This document shows, piece after piece, positions 9,226 through 20,220 of a stretch of 64,000 bases of DNA. The notes below the pieces were generated by a model that searched no databases, was not told the DNA's origin, and saw only the letters and a program-made list of their open reading frames with translations. Made by a program: the position numbers and the translations under genes. The stretch is from Clostridia bacterium. Its GTDB lineage: Bacteria; Bacillota; Clostridia; TANB77; CAG-508. Numbering within the stretch: position 1 is the stretch's first letter; every line of letters begins with the position of its first letter. The DNA lies in NCBI GenBank assembly GCA_017510825.1, contig JAFWMA010000010.1, forward strand, positions 21,647 through 85,646, in the 5' to 3' direction.

Positions 9226-9229
9226 AATT

Positions 9230-9397
9230 GCGGTGAAAAGTGTCGTTCTTTTGTATAACTTGCTTTTGACTCTAATTTTATAAAAAAATAAGAAGTAAAA
9301 AGCTATGTTCTACTGCGTTAAAATAATTTTCTAAGATCTCGACATACAGATGTATAGTTTTGTCCTTAAAAATTATTTTGCCTTGTATAACTTGCTT
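9230..9397. repeat. Composite of the same element family (core-deleted copy plus a ~90-nt copy)
   Basis: 9308-9397 matches 8210-8300 with only about 6-7 differences by eye; 9230-9270 joins the left end GTGAAAAGTGTC to the right end TGTATAACTTGCTTTTGAC. Confidence 0.75.
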
Positions 9398-9417
9398 CTA
9401 GCTTCCAAAAATATCAT

Positions 9418-9546
9418 AGTGAAAATAACATTTTCGCCAAAAACGAGTATTGCGAGGCAGAAAAAGGTTTTAAGTGTGAAATAGTATTTGAGGTACATTG
9501 AGGGCTTAAAAGATTTTTCTAACGAAGCAAGACGAAGTTTTTCACG
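9418..9546. repeat. Further palindromic element in the rpsG-fusA spacer
   Basis: AGTGAAAATAACATTTTCG...CGAAGTTTTTCACG outer arms; CGAGGCAGAAAAAGGTTTTAAG vs CTTAAAAGATTTTTCTAACGAAG inner arms. Confidence 0.55.
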
Positions 9547-9571
9547 AAAATTAGAAGAGAGGAGAAAATAA

Positions 9572-11665
9572 ATGGCTAACAGTGGAAGAGAGTTTCCTTT
9601 AGAGAAAACAAGAAATATAGGAATAATGGCTCACATTGATGCTGGAAAGACCACTACAACAGAAAGAATTTTATTTTATACTGGTAGAACTCACAAAATT
9701 GGTGAAGTTCATGATGGTCAGGCAACAATGGACTGGATGGCTCAAGAGCAAGAAAGAGGTATTACAATTACTTCTGCTGCAACAACTTGCCATTGGAGAG
9801 AACATAGAATTAATATAATTGATACTCCAGGTCATGTTGATTTTACAGTTGAAGTTGAAAGATCTCTTAGAGTTCTTGATGGTTCAGTGCTAGTATTAGC
9901 AGCTAAAGGTGGTGTGCAACCACAATCAGAAACAGTTTGGAGACAAGCTGATAAATATAAGGTTCCAAGAATCGTATATGTTAATAAAATGGATATTACA
10001 GGAGCAGATTTCTATCTTTGTATTGATCAAATGAGAGATAGATTAGGATGTCATCCTGTTCCAATACAATTACCAGTAGGTAAAGAGGATTATTTCCAAG
10101 GGATCGTTGATTTAATTAAGATGAAAGCTTATATTCAATCTGACGAAGACCAAGGAAAAGAAATCAAAGAGCAAGACATTCCAGCTGATATGCTTGAAGA
10201 AGCTCAAAAATATAGAGATGAGATGATCGAAGTTGTATCAGAACAAGATGATGAGTTAATGATGAAGTATTTGGAAGGTGAAGAACTAACTGAAGAGGAA
10301 ATCAGATTGGGTCTTAGAAAAGGAACAATTGCAAATAAAATAGTTCCAATGACTTGTGGTTCATCATATAAAAATAAAGGTGTTCAAGAATTGCTTGATG
10401 CTATTATTGACTACTTACCAGCACCAACAGATATTGAAGACGTTAAGGGTGTTGATGAAGATGGAAATGAAGTTACAAGAGCAACTGATGATAATGCACC
10501 ATTCTCAGCTTTAGCATTCAAGATTATGACTGACCCATTTGTAGGAAAATTATGTTTCTTCAGAGTTTATTCTGGAACATGTGATTCTGGTTCAACAATT
10601 TATAATGCTACAAAGCAAAAGAAAGATAGAATTGGAAGAATTCTATTAATGCATGCTAATAACAGGCAAGATATTGATAAAGTTTATGCTGGAGATATTG
10701 CTGCTGCAGTTGGACTTAAAGAAGTTGGAACTGGAGATACTTTATGTGATGCTGAAAACCCAGTTATACTTGAATCAATGGAATTTCCAGAACCTGTTAT
10801 AGATATTGCTATTGAGCCTAAAGATAAGGCAAATAGTGAAAAACTTGGTATTGCATTAGCAAAACTTGCAGAGGAGGATCCAACATTCAAAACGTGGACT
10901 GATAAAGAATCAGGTCAAACAATTATAGCTGGTATGGGTGAGCTTCATCTAGACATTATAGTTGATAGACTTAAAAGAGAGTTTAAAGTTGAATGTACAG
11001 AAGGAAAGCCTCAAGTTTCGTATAAAGAAACAATTAGAAATAAAGCTAGAGTACAAGGTAAGTTTGTACGTCAATCTGGTGGACATGGACAATATGGTGA
11101 TGTTTGGTTTGAAATGGAACCATTAGAGCCAGGTTCAGGAATTGTATTTGAGAACAAAATCGTTGGTGGTGCTGTTCCTAAAGAATACATTAAACCAGTT
11201 GAGGAAGGAATGAGAGAAGCTGCTTTAACAGGTATTCTTGCTGGATATCCTGTTATTGATTTCAAGGTTACATTAGTTGATGGATCATACCATGAAGTTG
11301 ACTCATCAGAAATGGCCTTCAAAGTTGCAGCATCTATTGCTTTTAAAGAAGGTTGTAAGCAAGCTAAATCAGCTCTATTAGAACCTATTATGAAAATTGA
11401 AGTAACTGTTCCTGAAGAATATATGGGAGATGTTATAGGAGATATTAATGCTAGACGTGGTAGAATGGAAGGTATGGAAGCACAATCTGGAAATCAAGTA
11501 ATTAGAGGATTTATTCCTTTATCAGAGATGTTTGGATATGCAACAGATCTACGTTCGAAAACACAAGGTAGAGGAACATATTCTATGGAACCATCTCATT
11601 ATGAAGAAGTTCCAAAATCTGTTCTTGATCAAATTGTTTCTGCTAGAAGCAAGAAAGAAGATTAA
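9572..11665 (+). CDS. fusA: Elongation factor G
   Basis: [17 protein letters not shown], 697 aa. Confidence 0.98.
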   Translation: MANSGREFPLEKTRNIGIMAHIDAGKTTTTERILFYTGRTHKIGEVHDGQATMDWMAQEQERGITITSAATTCHWREHRINIIDTPGHVDFTVEVERSLRVLDGSVLVLAAKGGVQPQSETVWRQADKYKVPRIVYVNKMDITGADFYLCIDQMRDRLGCHPVPIQLPVGKEDYFQGIVDLIKMKAYIQSDEDQGKEIKEQDIPADMLEEAQKYRDEMIEVVSEQDDELMMKYLEGEELTEEEIRLGLRKGTIANKIVPMTCGSSYKNKGVQELLDAIIDYLPAPTDIEDVKGVDEDGNEVTRATDDNAPFSALAFKIMTDPFVGKLCFFRVYSGTCDSGSTIYNATKQKKDRIGRILLMHANNRQDIDKVYAGDIAAAVGLKEVGTGDTLCDAENPVILESMEFPEPVIDIAIEPKDKANSEKLGIALAKLAEEDPTFKTWTDKESGQTIIAGMGELHLDIIVDRLKREFKVECTEGKPQVSYKETIRNKARVQGKFVRQSGGHGQYGDVWFEMEPLEPGSGIVFENKIVGGAVPKEYIKPVEEGMREAALTGILAGYPVIDFKVTLVDGSYHEVDSSEMAFKVAASIAFKEGCKQAKSALLEPIMKIEVTVPEEYMGDVIGDINARRGRMEGMEAQSGNQVIRGFIPLSEMFGYATDLRSKTQGRGTYSMEPSHYEEVPKSVLDQIVSARSKKED

Positions 11666-11844
11666 TTGAGGTTAAGTTATATGTCTCTGTGATAAGTTGA
11701 TTATACTTATAAAATAGGTTAAATAATAATAAATTTATTTATAATACTTGCATTTTTTAAAGAAATGTTATAAAATGTAAGGCAATAAAATTGGTATTAA
11801 TTTTTATTAATAAATTTTTAAAGTTTTAAGGAGGAATTTAAATT

Positions 11845-13047
11845 ATGGCTAAAGAAGTATTTGTTAGAAGTAAGCCACACGTAAATATTGGTACAATTGG
11901 TCACGTTGACCATGGTAAGACAACAACGACAGCTGCCATTACAAAATGGTTAAGTTTACAAGGAAAGGCACAATTTGAAGATTATGCAGCAATTGATAGT
12001 GCTCCAGAAGAAAAAGAAAGAGGAATTACAATTAATACAGCTCATGTTGAGTACGAAACAGAGAATAGACACTATGCTCATGTTGACTGCCCAGGACATG
12101 CTGACTATGTTAAGAATATGATTACTGGTGCTGCTCAAATGGATGGAGCTATATTAATAGTTTCAGCAGCTGATGGCCCAATGCCTCAAACAAGAGAACA
12201 TATACTACTTGCAAGGCAAGTTGGTGTTAAACATATTGTTGTATTCCTAAATAAATGTGATATGGTTGACGATCCAGAATTATTAGAATTAGTTGAAATG
12301 GAAGTTAGAGACTTATTATCAAGCTATGATTTCCCTGGAGATGAAATTCCAATAGTTAAAGGTTCTGCTTTAGTTGCTCTAGAAAGTAGCTCTAAAGATC
12401 CAGAAGCTGAGGAATATAAATGTATAAAAGAATTAATGGAAGCTGTAGATAGCTATATTCCAACACCTGAAAGACCAGTTGATCAACCATTCTTAATGCC
12501 AATTGAGGATGTTATGACAATTTCAGGACGTGGTACAGTTGTTACAGGTAGAGTTGAAAGAGGACAACTAAATGTTCAAGAAGAAGTTGAAATGGTTGGA
12601 CTAAGTCAAGAAAGAAAGAAAACGGTTGTTACTGGACTAGAAATGTTCAGAAAAACATTAGATCATGCAGAAGCTGGTGATAATGTTGGTGTTCTATTAA
12701 GAGGAACACAAAGAGATGAAGTTGAAAGAGGTCAAGTTCTTGCAAAACCAGGAACAATCAACCCACATACTAAATTTACATCTCAAGTTTATGTATTAAC
12801 AGCTGATGAAGGTGGACGTCATACTCCATTTTTCAATGGATATAGACCACAATTCTACTTCAGAACAACTGATGTTACAGGAACAATCAAGCTTCCAGAA
12901 GGAACAGAAATGGTTATGCCTGGTGACAACATTGATATGGAAATCGAATTAATTACTCCTATTGCAATTGAAAAAGGATTAAGATTCGCTATCCGTGAAG
13001 GTGGAAGAACAGTAGGTTCAGGTGTTGTTGCTGATATAATTGAGTAA
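11845..13047 (+). CDS. tuf: Elongation factor Tu
   Basis: [21 protein letters not shown], 400 aa. Confidence 0.98.
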   Translation: MAKEVFVRSKPHVNIGTIGHVDHGKTTTTAAITKWLSLQGKAQFEDYAAIDSAPEEKERGITINTAHVEYETENRHYAHVDCPGHADYVKNMITGAAQMDGAILIVSAADGPMPQTREHILLARQVGVKHIVVFLNKCDMVDDPELLELVEMEVRDLLSSYDFPGDEIPIVKGSALVALESSSKDPEAEEYKCIKELMEAVDSYIPTPERPVDQPFLMPIEDVMTISGRGTVVTGRVERGQLNVQEEVEMVGLSQERKKTVVTGLEMFRKTLDHAEAGDNVGVLLRGTQRDEVERGQVLAKPGTINPHTKFTSQVYVLTADEGGRHTPFFNGYRPQFYFRTTDVTGTIKLPEGTEMVMPGDNIDMEIELITPIAIEKGLRFAIREGGRTVGSGVVADIIE

Positions 13048-13061
13048 TAATAAAAATATTC

Positions 13062-13092
13062 AAAAAAGGGCGGCCTCTGGTCGTTCTTTTTT
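13062..13092 (+). terminator. Terminator after tuf
   Basis: GGGCGGCC-TCTG-GGTCGTTC hairpin (with G-U pairs) followed by TTTTTT. Confidence 0.55.
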
Positions 13093-13217
13093 GTGGTTGT
13101 AATTACACTTATGTGAAAATAATGTGAAAAATAAAAAAATATATTGACAAAATATATTTTTTGAGGTAATATAAGTAAACTGAAATTAATAAGATATACA
13201 CAAGGGAGGATTTTTAT

Positions 13218-13703
13218 ATGGAAAGTGAAGAAGTACTATTAACTCAAGAAGGATATAATAAATTAGAAAGTGAGTTAGAACAATTAAAAACAGTTGAAAG
13301 AACAGAAATAGCTGAAAGGATTAAAATTGCACTTGGTTATGGTGACTTATCTGAGAATTCAGAATATGATGAGGCTAAGTCCGCTCAGGAGCTAAATGAA
13401 AATAAAATTCTTGAGCTAGAAAATAAAATTAGACGTGCTAAGATTATTGATGCATCAGAGGTTGATACATCAAAAGTTCAAGTAGGAAATATGGTTAAAG
13501 TACATGATATAGCTTTTGATGAGGATGTTGAATACACTATTGTTGGGTCAACTGAAGTTGATTTAGCACAGAATAAAATATCAAATGAATCACCAATTGG
13601 TTCTGCCTTAATTGGTGCTAGAAGAGGTAAGATTGTTGAAGCTGAATTACCAAATGGAACAACAGCTCAATTCAGGATCTTATCAATTAAAAAAGCAAAA
13701 TAA
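13218..13703 (+). CDS. greA: Transcription elongation factor GreA
   Basis: LTQEGYNKLESELEQLK...GDLSENSEYDEAK, 161 aa. Confidence 0.95.
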   Translation: MESEEVLLTQEGYNKLESELEQLKTVERTEIAERIKIALGYGDLSENSEYDEAKSAQELNENKILELENKIRRAKIIDASEVDTSKVQVGNMVKVHDIAFDEDVEYTIVGSTEVDLAQNKISNESPIGSALIGARRGKIVEAELPNGTTAQFRILSIKKAK

Positions 13704-13739
13704 TTGACTTTACTTGTTAAATAGTGGCATAATACTATT

Positions 13740-13990
13740 GTATGGCGTTGAAGATGAAAGTAAATTTGTGTAAAAGTTTTATGAGAGAATAAGTATCGTG
13801 GCTGGAAGTACTTAAAAACTTAAATTTATGAAACACATTGGAGCTAGAGTTTTATTAGAGTGGAAATTATATTTTCAAATAGGGTGGTACCGCGGAATGT
13901 TTTTCGTCCCTGTAATGTTTTAATTATTAAAAATTAGGTAGTAAAAAGTACTTAGTTTTAAGATTTAGAATATTACAGGGATTTTTATTT
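13740..13990 (+). promoter_or_regulatory. T-box leader (tRNA-sensing riboswitch) upstream of aspS
   Basis: Promoter TTGACT-18-CATAAT (13704-13733); AGUA in stem I; T-box AAAUAGGGUGGUACCGCG at 13877-13894; terminator CCCTGTAAT...ATTACAGGG + TTTTTATTT (13907-13990). Confidence 0.88.
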
Positions 13991-14060
13991 ATATGTTTTT
14001 ATGATACTAATGGTACAACAAAATAAAAGGGAATTTTATGTATAGAGAAGGGATTTTATT

Positions 14061-15821
14061 ATGAATAAGTATAGAACTTATAATTGTTCAGAAATAAGAG
14101 AGGAAAATATTGGTGAAGAAATTAAGCTTGCAGGGTGGGTTGACACAATCCGTGATTTAGGTGGAATTTTATTTATGGATTTACGTGATCAATATGGAGT
14201 AACTCAAGTTGTTTTTTCTGGAGATGAAGAAAAAGTTAATACTGCACAAAGAATACCAATTGAATCTACGATTACTGTAAGTGGAATTGTAAGATTAAGG
14301 GAAGATGAAACAGTCAATAAAAAAATACCAACAGGTATGGTTGAATTGTTTGTAGATAGTTTTGAAATTTTGGGAAAAAGAACTAAATTGTTGCCTTTTG
14401 ATATTGAAAATAATAAAAGAGTTAAAGAAGATCTAAGACTTGAATATAGATTTCTAGACTTACGTGCAAGAAAATCAATTGAAAATTTAAAACTAAGAGC
14501 TGAATTAATACAATTTTTAAGAAATCAAATGATAGGACAAGGTTTTTTAGAAGTTCAAACTCCAATACTAACAAGTTCGTCACCAGAAGGTGCAAGAGAT
14601 TACTTAGTACCTAGTAGAGTGTATCCTGGTAAATTTTATGCACTCCCTCAAGCACCGCAACAGTTTAAACAATTACTTATGGTTTCTGGAGTTGATAAAT
14701 ATTTTCAAATAGCTCCATGTTTTAGGGATGAAGATGCAAGGGCAGATAGATCACCTGGGGAGTTTTATCAGTTAGATATGGAAATGGCTTTTGCGACTCA
14801 AGAAGATGTTTTTGAAGTTATGGAAAAAGTTATTTATAATACTTTTAAGAAATTTTCTAGTAAGAAAGTTGATGAAGTTTTTGAACGAATTTCTTATGAG
14901 GATGCAATGATTAAATATGGAACAGATAAACCTGATTTGAGAAATCCATTGGAAATTAAAGATGTAACTAATATTTTTAAAAAATTGGATATAAAAGTTT
15001 TTAATAAAAAGATTGTTAGAACAATTACTTTACCAGATGGAGCAAAACAGACGAGGACTTTCTATGATACAATTACTAATTTTGCTATAGATAAATGTCA
15101 TGCAAAAGGATTAGCTTGGCTAAAAGTATTGTCTGATGGTACTTTGCAAGGACCAATAGCAAAACTAATAGATGATGAATCAAGAGATAAATTATTAAAG
15201 CAAACTGGAACTAAGCCAGGAGATAGTATTTTCTTTATTGCAGAGAGAAAGGGAATATTAGAAAAAATTGCTGGCCCTGTTCGTGAAAAGTTAGGAATAT
15301 TGGCTGATTTGCTTGAAAAAGATTGTTTTAGATTTTGTTGGATAGTTGATTTTCCAATGTTTGAAGCTGATGAAAATGGAAAAATTAAATTTAGTCATAA
15401 TCCATTTTCGATGCCACAAGGAGGTTTAAAAGCTTTAAGTGAAAAAAATCCTTTAGATATATTAGCTTACCAATATGATATAGTTTGCAATGGAGTAGAA
15501 CTTTCTTCAGGGGCTGTAAGAAATCATGATCCGGAAATAATGGTAAAAGCATTTGAAATAGCTGGTTATAGTGAGGAAGAGCTGAAACGTAAATTCTCAG
15601 CATTATTTAATGCTTTTCATTATGGAGCTCCTCCTCATGCAGGAGTTGCACCTGGATTAGATAGAATGCTAATGTTACTTGCTGAAGAAGAATCAATTCG
15701 TGAAGTGATTGCTTTTCCAATGAATAGTAAGGCTGAAGACTTATTGGTTGGAGCACCTAGTGTTGTATCTGAAAAACAGTTAAAGGAAGCTAATATAAAA
15801 ATAATTGAAAATAATAATTAA
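14061..15821 (+). CDS. aspS: Aspartyl-tRNA synthetase (bacterial type, possibly non-discriminating)
   Basis: Class II motifs FRDEDARADRSPEF-like (CFRDEDARADRSPGEFYQLD), GLDRMLMLL; 586 aa. Confidence 0.95.
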   Translation: MNKYRTYNCSEIREENIGEEIKLAGWVDTIRDLGGILFMDLRDQYGVTQVVFSGDEEKVNTAQRIPIESTITVSGIVRLREDETVNKKIPTGMVELFVDSFEILGKRTKLLPFDIENNKRVKEDLRLEYRFLDLRARKSIENLKLRAELIQFLRNQMIGQGFLEVQTPILTSSSPEGARDYLVPSRVYPGKFYALPQAPQQFKQLLMVSGVDKYFQIAPCFRDEDARADRSPGEFYQLDMEMAFATQEDVFEVMEKVIYNTFKKFSSKKVDEVFERISYEDAMIKYGTDKPDLRNPLEIKDVTNIFKKLDIKVFNKKIVRTITLPDGAKQTRTFYDTITNFAIDKCHAKGLAWLKVLSDGTLQGPIAKLIDDESRDKLLKQTGTKPGDSIFFIAERKGILEKIAGPVREKLGILADLLEKDCFRFCWIVDFPMFEADENGKIKFSHNPFSMPQGGLKALSEKNPLDILAYQYDIVCNGVELSSGAVRNHDPEIMVKAFEIAGYSEEELKRKFSALFNAFHYGAPPHAGVAPGLDRMLMLLAEEESIREVIAFPMNSKAEDLLVGAPSVVSEKQLKEANIKIIENNN

Positions 15822-15894
15822 AGGTCTATTTATAAAAGTAGGTTTTTATGATACTATGGATAATATAAATTTTGTAATAAGGAGAAAGATTAAA

Positions 15895-16467
15895 ATGGCA
15901 AATTCTAAAATTATAATTGTTGAAGGACCACAAGGGGCAGGTAAAACTACGATTACTGATTATATTAGAAATGTAGTTCCATATACAAACTTATATAGAT
16001 TAAGTGGAACATCAGATTCAAGTAAACAAGGTAAAGTAAAAGCAGTAAAAATGTATGAAGATTTGATGAACTATATGGAAAATCTTGAAAATATGAGTAT
16101 AAATTTATTATTTGATAGAACTTTTTTTACAGAAGAAATTTATTGTAGGCTTGGGTTTAAAGCATATTCTTTTACAGATGAATATGAAAAGCTTTTAGAA
16201 AGACTGAGTAAAATGGATTTTGAAATTTTTTATATTACACTTTACTTGAAAAATACTGATGAGTACAAAAAAAGACTTCAAAGAGAAGGAAAGGCAAATA
16301 TTAAATATGCTGAATTTGATATTCAAAGTAGTATTAATCAGCAAAATGCTTATTTGAAAATGGCTGAGGAGATTAAATCAAAATATAGTATAATTAATGT
16401 TGTTAATTATGATACTAGTAGGGAGATTGAAATTACATTTGATGAAATTAAACAATTACTTAAATAG
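15895..16467 (+). CDS. P-loop kinase-like protein (dNK/dNMP-kinase fold)
   Basis: Start moved to ATG 15895 behind AAGGAGAA; VEGPQGAGKTT Walker A, FDRTF, lid-like KKRLQREGK. Confidence 0.7.
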   Translation: MANSKIIIVEGPQGAGKTTITDYIRNVVPYTNLYRLSGTSDSSKQGKVKAVKMYEDLMNYMENLENMSINLLFDRTFFTEEIYCRLGFKAYSFTDEYEKLLERLSKMDFEIFYITLYLKNTDEYKKRLQREGKANIKYAEFDIQSSINQQNAYLKMAEEIKSKYSIINVVNYDTSREIEITFDEIKQLLK

Positions 16468-16627
16468 TTGTTTGATAAAAAAGTAATATTGGTATATAAT
16501 GTGAAGTATGATGATATTGAACAAGAACTGGAAAATTAAAGTTAATAGGTAGCAAAAGATAGAAATTGTTATATATAGATATTTAATAAAAAAATGTGTA
16601 TTATAAGTGGAAGGAGTGGTGATTTAT

Positions 16628-16915
16628 ATGAAGATAAGTAAAGAAGAGTTGTTACATATTGCGAATTTATCAGATTTAAAGATTTCGGAAAGTGAAATTG
16701 ATAAATATTTAGAAAATTTAGAAGACATTTTGGAATATACAAATGTGCTTGAAAGTGCATCTATTGAGGAATTAGATGAAACGATTGGTGCAAATGATAA
16801 TGAAAATGTTTTTAGAAAAGATGAAATCAAAGAATTTGAGGGTAGAGATGCTTTATTGCAAAATGCACCTGATTTAGAAGATGATATGTTTAGAATTCCA
16901 AAGGTGATTAATTAG
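16628..16915 (+). CDS. gatC: Asp/Glu-tRNA amidotransferase subunit C
   Basis: Start at ATG 16628 after GGAAGGAG; MKISKEELLHIANLSDLKISESEIDKY; directly precedes gatA/gatB. Confidence 0.9.
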   Translation: MKISKEELLHIANLSDLKISESEIDKYLENLEDILEYTNVLESASIEELDETIGANDNENVFRKDEIKEFEGRDALLQNAPDLEDDMFRIPKVIN

Positions 16916-17002
16916 ATTTTAAAATATAAAATAATTAGACTTTGGTATAGGTAATTATTACTGAAAAATTGTCATGGTTAAAAGTATGGAAGGAGATATT
17001 AA

Positions 17003-18466
17003 ATGGAAGAAATTACGACATTAACTGTTCATGAGCTTTCGAAAAAACTAGAGAATAAAGAATTAACTTCAGAGAAAATTGTTGAGGCTTATGCAAAAAG
17101 GATTGAAGAAAAAGAAAAGGATGTAGGTGCTTTTGTAACAGTTACGGCGCAACAAGCTTTAGAAGAAGCTAAAAGAATTGACTCTGAAAATATAGATAGA
17201 GAAAATAATAAATATGCAGGTATACCGATAGGAATTAAGGATAATATATGTACAAAAGGAGTTAAAACAACTTGTTCATCAAAAATGCTTGAAAACTTTG
17301 TTGCTCCTTATGATGCAACAGTTACTCAAAAAATAAATAGTGAAATGCTACCAAGTTTAGGAAAACTAAATATGGATGAATTTGCTATGGGAAGTTCTAC
17401 TGAAAACTCAGCGATAAAGGTAACTCATAATCCATGGGATTTAAATAAGGTTCCTGGAGGGTCATCAGGTGGTTCTGCAGCTGCTGTTGCTGCAAATATG
17501 GTTCCATGGGCTTTAGGATCAGATACTGGTGGTTCAATTCGTGAGCCTGCATCTTTTTGTGGAGTTGTGGGGTTAAAACCTACTTATGGTTTGGTTTCGA
17601 GATATGGATTAGTTGCTTTTGCATCATCTCTAGATCAAATTGGTCCTATAACAAAGGATGTTGAAGATAGTGCAATTTTACTAAATATGATAGCTGGCCA
17701 TGATGAAATGGATTCTACTTCATATGATATTCCAAAAATAGATTATACAGCATCATTAAAAAATGATATTAAAGGAAAGAAGATTGGAGTTCCTAAGGAA
17801 TTTTTTGGAGAAGGAATAAATGAAGAAGTAAAAACAAAATTAAGAGAGGCTATTGAAATATATAAAGAATTAGGTGCTGTTGTTGAAGATTGTTCATTAG
17901 ATGTAGCAGAATATTCTCTAGCAACATACTATATAATTGCTTGTGCGGAAGCTAGTTCAAACTTAGGTAGATTTGATGGAATTAGATATGGTTATAGAGC
18001 TAAAGATTTTTCAAATCTTAAAGAATTGTTTACTAATTCTAGAACTGAGGCTTTTGGAGATGAAGTTAAGCGAAGAATTATATTAGGTACTTATGTGCTT
18101 TCATCAGGATATTATGATGCATATTATAAAAAAGCTCAGAAAGTTAGGACTCTTGTAAAAAATAAGTTTGATGAATGTTTTAAGAAATATGATGTACTTC
18201 TAACTCCTGTTGCTCCAACAACAGCATTTGAAATTGGCTCAAAATTAAATAATCCAATGGAAATGTATTTAGCAGATATTTGTACTGTTTCAATTAATAT
18301 TGCAAGTGTTCCTGCAATATCAATTCCATGTGGTGTTGATAGTAAAGGTATGCCGATTGGTATGCAGTTGATTGGTAATAGATTTAATGAAGAAACGATT
18401 CTTAATGTTGCTTATGCATTTGAACAAAAAATAGAATTTAGAGAGAACTATAAGCCAAGTTGTTAG
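17003..18466 (+). CDS. gatA: Asp/Glu-tRNA amidotransferase subunit A
   Basis: Amidase signature [12 protein letters not shown], 487 aa. Confidence 0.96.
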   Translation: MEEITTLTVHELSKKLENKELTSEKIVEAYAKRIEEKEKDVGAFVTVTAQQALEEAKRIDSENIDRENNKYAGIPIGIKDNICTKGVKTTCSSKMLENFVAPYDATVTQKINSEMLPSLGKLNMDEFAMGSSTENSAIKVTHNPWDLNKVPGGSSGGSAAAVAANMVPWALGSDTGGSIREPASFCGVVGLKPTYGLVSRYGLVAFASSLDQIGPITKDVEDSAILLNMIAGHDEMDSTSYDIPKIDYTASLKNDIKGKKIGVPKEFFGEGINEEVKTKLREAIEIYKELGAVVEDCSLDVAEYSLATYYIIACAEASSNLGRFDGIRYGYRAKDFSNLKELFTNSRTEAFGDEVKRRIILGTYVLSSGYYDAYYKKAQKVRTLVKNKFDECFKKYDVLLTPVAPTTAFEIGSKLNNPMEMYLADICTVSINIASVPAISIPCGVDSKGMPIGMQLIGNRFNEETILNVAYAFEQKIEFRENYKPSC

Positions 18467-18571
18467 AAGTTTTGAATGTGCTAAAATATCAAAATGATTT
18501 GTGATTTTTGAGAGAGATTTTTGAGAATTTGCTAAAAGTTTAGTTATTAATAGAAAGGAATGAAGTTTTAT

Positions 18572-20011
18572 ATGTCAAGAGAAGATTATGAAGTTGTTAT
18601 TGGATTGGAAGTACACGCGGAGCTTTCAACAAGAACAAAAATATTTTGCTCATGTTCAACAGAATTTGGAGCAAATGAAAATACACACGTGTGCCCAATT
18701 TGTACAGCAATGCCTGGAGCTTTACCAAAGTTAAATGAAAAAGTGGTTGAGTATGCAGTTAAGGCTGGATTAGCTACAAATTGTAGTATATCACAAGATA
18801 GTAAAAATGATAGAAAGAATTACTTTTATCCGGATTTACCAAAATCATATCAGATTTCTCAATTTGACAAACCACTTTGTAATCATGGATATGTTGAGAT
18901 TGAAGATGATGATGGAAATAAGAAAAAAGTTAGAATTTTGAGAATTCATATTGAAGAAGATGCTGGAAAATTAAATCATGATGAATATTCAAGTGGAAGT
19001 TTAGTTGATTTAAACAGAGCTGGAGTACCTTTGATTGAAATTGTTTCAGAGCCAGATTTGCGTTCATCAGGAGAAGCAGATAGATATTTAAAAAAATTGA
19101 AATCTATTCTTCAATACATAAATGTATCTGATTGTAAAATGGAAGAAGGTTCTTTGAGAGCTGATGTTAATGTTTCTATTCATAAACCAGGAACAGAATT
19201 AGGAACTAGACATGAGATGAAAAATATTAATTCTTTTAAAGCAATTCAAAGAGCAATTGAATATGAGATAGATAGTCAAATAGATGATGCAGAAAATGGT
19301 AAAGTTATTCAACAGGAAACTATGAGGTGGGATGACTTAGAGGGAAGAACTTTTCCTATGAGAAGTAAGGAAGATGCTCAAGATTATAGATATTTTCCTG
19401 ATCCTGATTTAGTTGCTATTAAATTGTCAGATGAATATATTAATAATATAAAGGAAAACTTACCAGAACTTCCAGAATCAAGAAAAGTTAGGTATATGGA
19501 AGAGATTGGTCTATCAGAAAAAGATGCTGATGCTTTAGTTAGCTCAAGAAGGTTTTCTGATATTTTTGAAGAAGCGGGAAAAATATGTAATGATTATAAA
19601 TCTGTTTGTAATTGGCTAACTTCGGATATATCAAGAATACTAAATGAAGGAGAAATGGATCCAGAGGAAATTCCTTTTAAGGCAAAAGAATTAGCAGAAT
19701 TAGTAAGTTTGATTAATGATGGAACGATTAGTTCTAAAATTGGGAAGAAGGTTTTAGAAGAATTATTTAAAGAACCACGTTCTCCTAAAAAAATAATAGA
19801 AGAGAAAGGTTGGGTTCAGATTTCGGATGAATCTGAAATTAAAGAAGTAGTAATGACAGTGCTAGAGGCAAATCCTCAGTCAATTGTTGATTTCAAAGCG
19901 GGAAAAGATAGAGCCTTAGGATTTTTAGTTGGCCAAGCAATGAAAGCAACTAAAGGAAAAGCAAATCCTCAAATGCTTAATAAGATGTTTTTAGAAGAAT
20001 TAAAAAAATAA
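18572..20011 (+). CDS. gatB: Asp/Glu-tRNA amidotransferase subunit B
   Basis: YEVVIGLEVHAEL, C-terminal GatB/YqeY tail; ATG 18572 preferred over 18560 on RBS spacing. Confidence 0.95.
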   Translation: MSREDYEVVIGLEVHAELSTRTKIFCSCSTEFGANENTHVCPICTAMPGALPKLNEKVVEYAVKAGLATNCSISQDSKNDRKNYFYPDLPKSYQISQFDKPLCNHGYVEIEDDDGNKKKVRILRIHIEEDAGKLNHDEYSSGSLVDLNRAGVPLIEIVSEPDLRSSGEADRYLKKLKSILQYINVSDCKMEEGSLRADVNVSIHKPGTELGTRHEMKNINSFKAIQRAIEYEIDSQIDDAENGKVIQQETMRWDDLEGRTFPMRSKEDAQDYRYFPDPDLVAIKLSDEYINNIKENLPELPESRKVRYMEEIGLSEKDADALVSSRRFSDIFEEAGKICNDYKSVCNWLTSDISRILNEGEMDPEEIPFKAKELAELVSLINDGTISSKIGKKVLEELFKEPRSPKKIIEEKGWVQISDESEIKEVVMTVLEANPQSIVDFKAGKDRALGFLVGQAMKATKGKANPQMLNKMFLEELKK

Positions 20012-20029
20012 TTGAGTTTTAGCCATTAA

Positions 20030-20220
20030 GGACTGTCCAAAATTGCAAAGGTTTTGGAGAAAGATTGTCCAAAGTTGCAAATATTTTGCAAAAAAGGTTG
20101 TTCCAAGTTGCAAACGTTTTGCGAAAAAGGGTCATCCCAAACTGCAAACGTTTTGCGAAAAAGGGTCGTCCCAAACTGCAAATGTTTTGCAAAAAAGGGT
20201 CGTCCCAAATTGCAAAAAAA
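20030..20220 (+). repeat. Head-to-tail array of 5.7 units of the 33/34-nt REP-like repeat
   Basis: Units start at 20030, 20063, 20096, 20129, 20163, 20197; consensus GGGTCGTCCCAAACTGCAAACGTTTTGCGAAAAA; units become closer to consensus 5' to 3'. Confidence 0.9.

Noticed and set aside
13062-13092. The tuf terminator as a REP-family member (AAAAAAGGGCGGCC...)
   Set aside because: Only the AAAAAAGGG prefix matches. The rest does not align with the REP unit, and the site behaves as an ordinary hairpin plus T-tract terminator.
20030-20220. Regular ~33-nt repeats that look at first like a CRISPR array
   Set aside because: The units are directly contiguous with no unique spacers, they degrade progressively, no cas genes are present, and the same unit occurs singly or in pairs at many gene boundaries. 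This is a REP-type tandem array.
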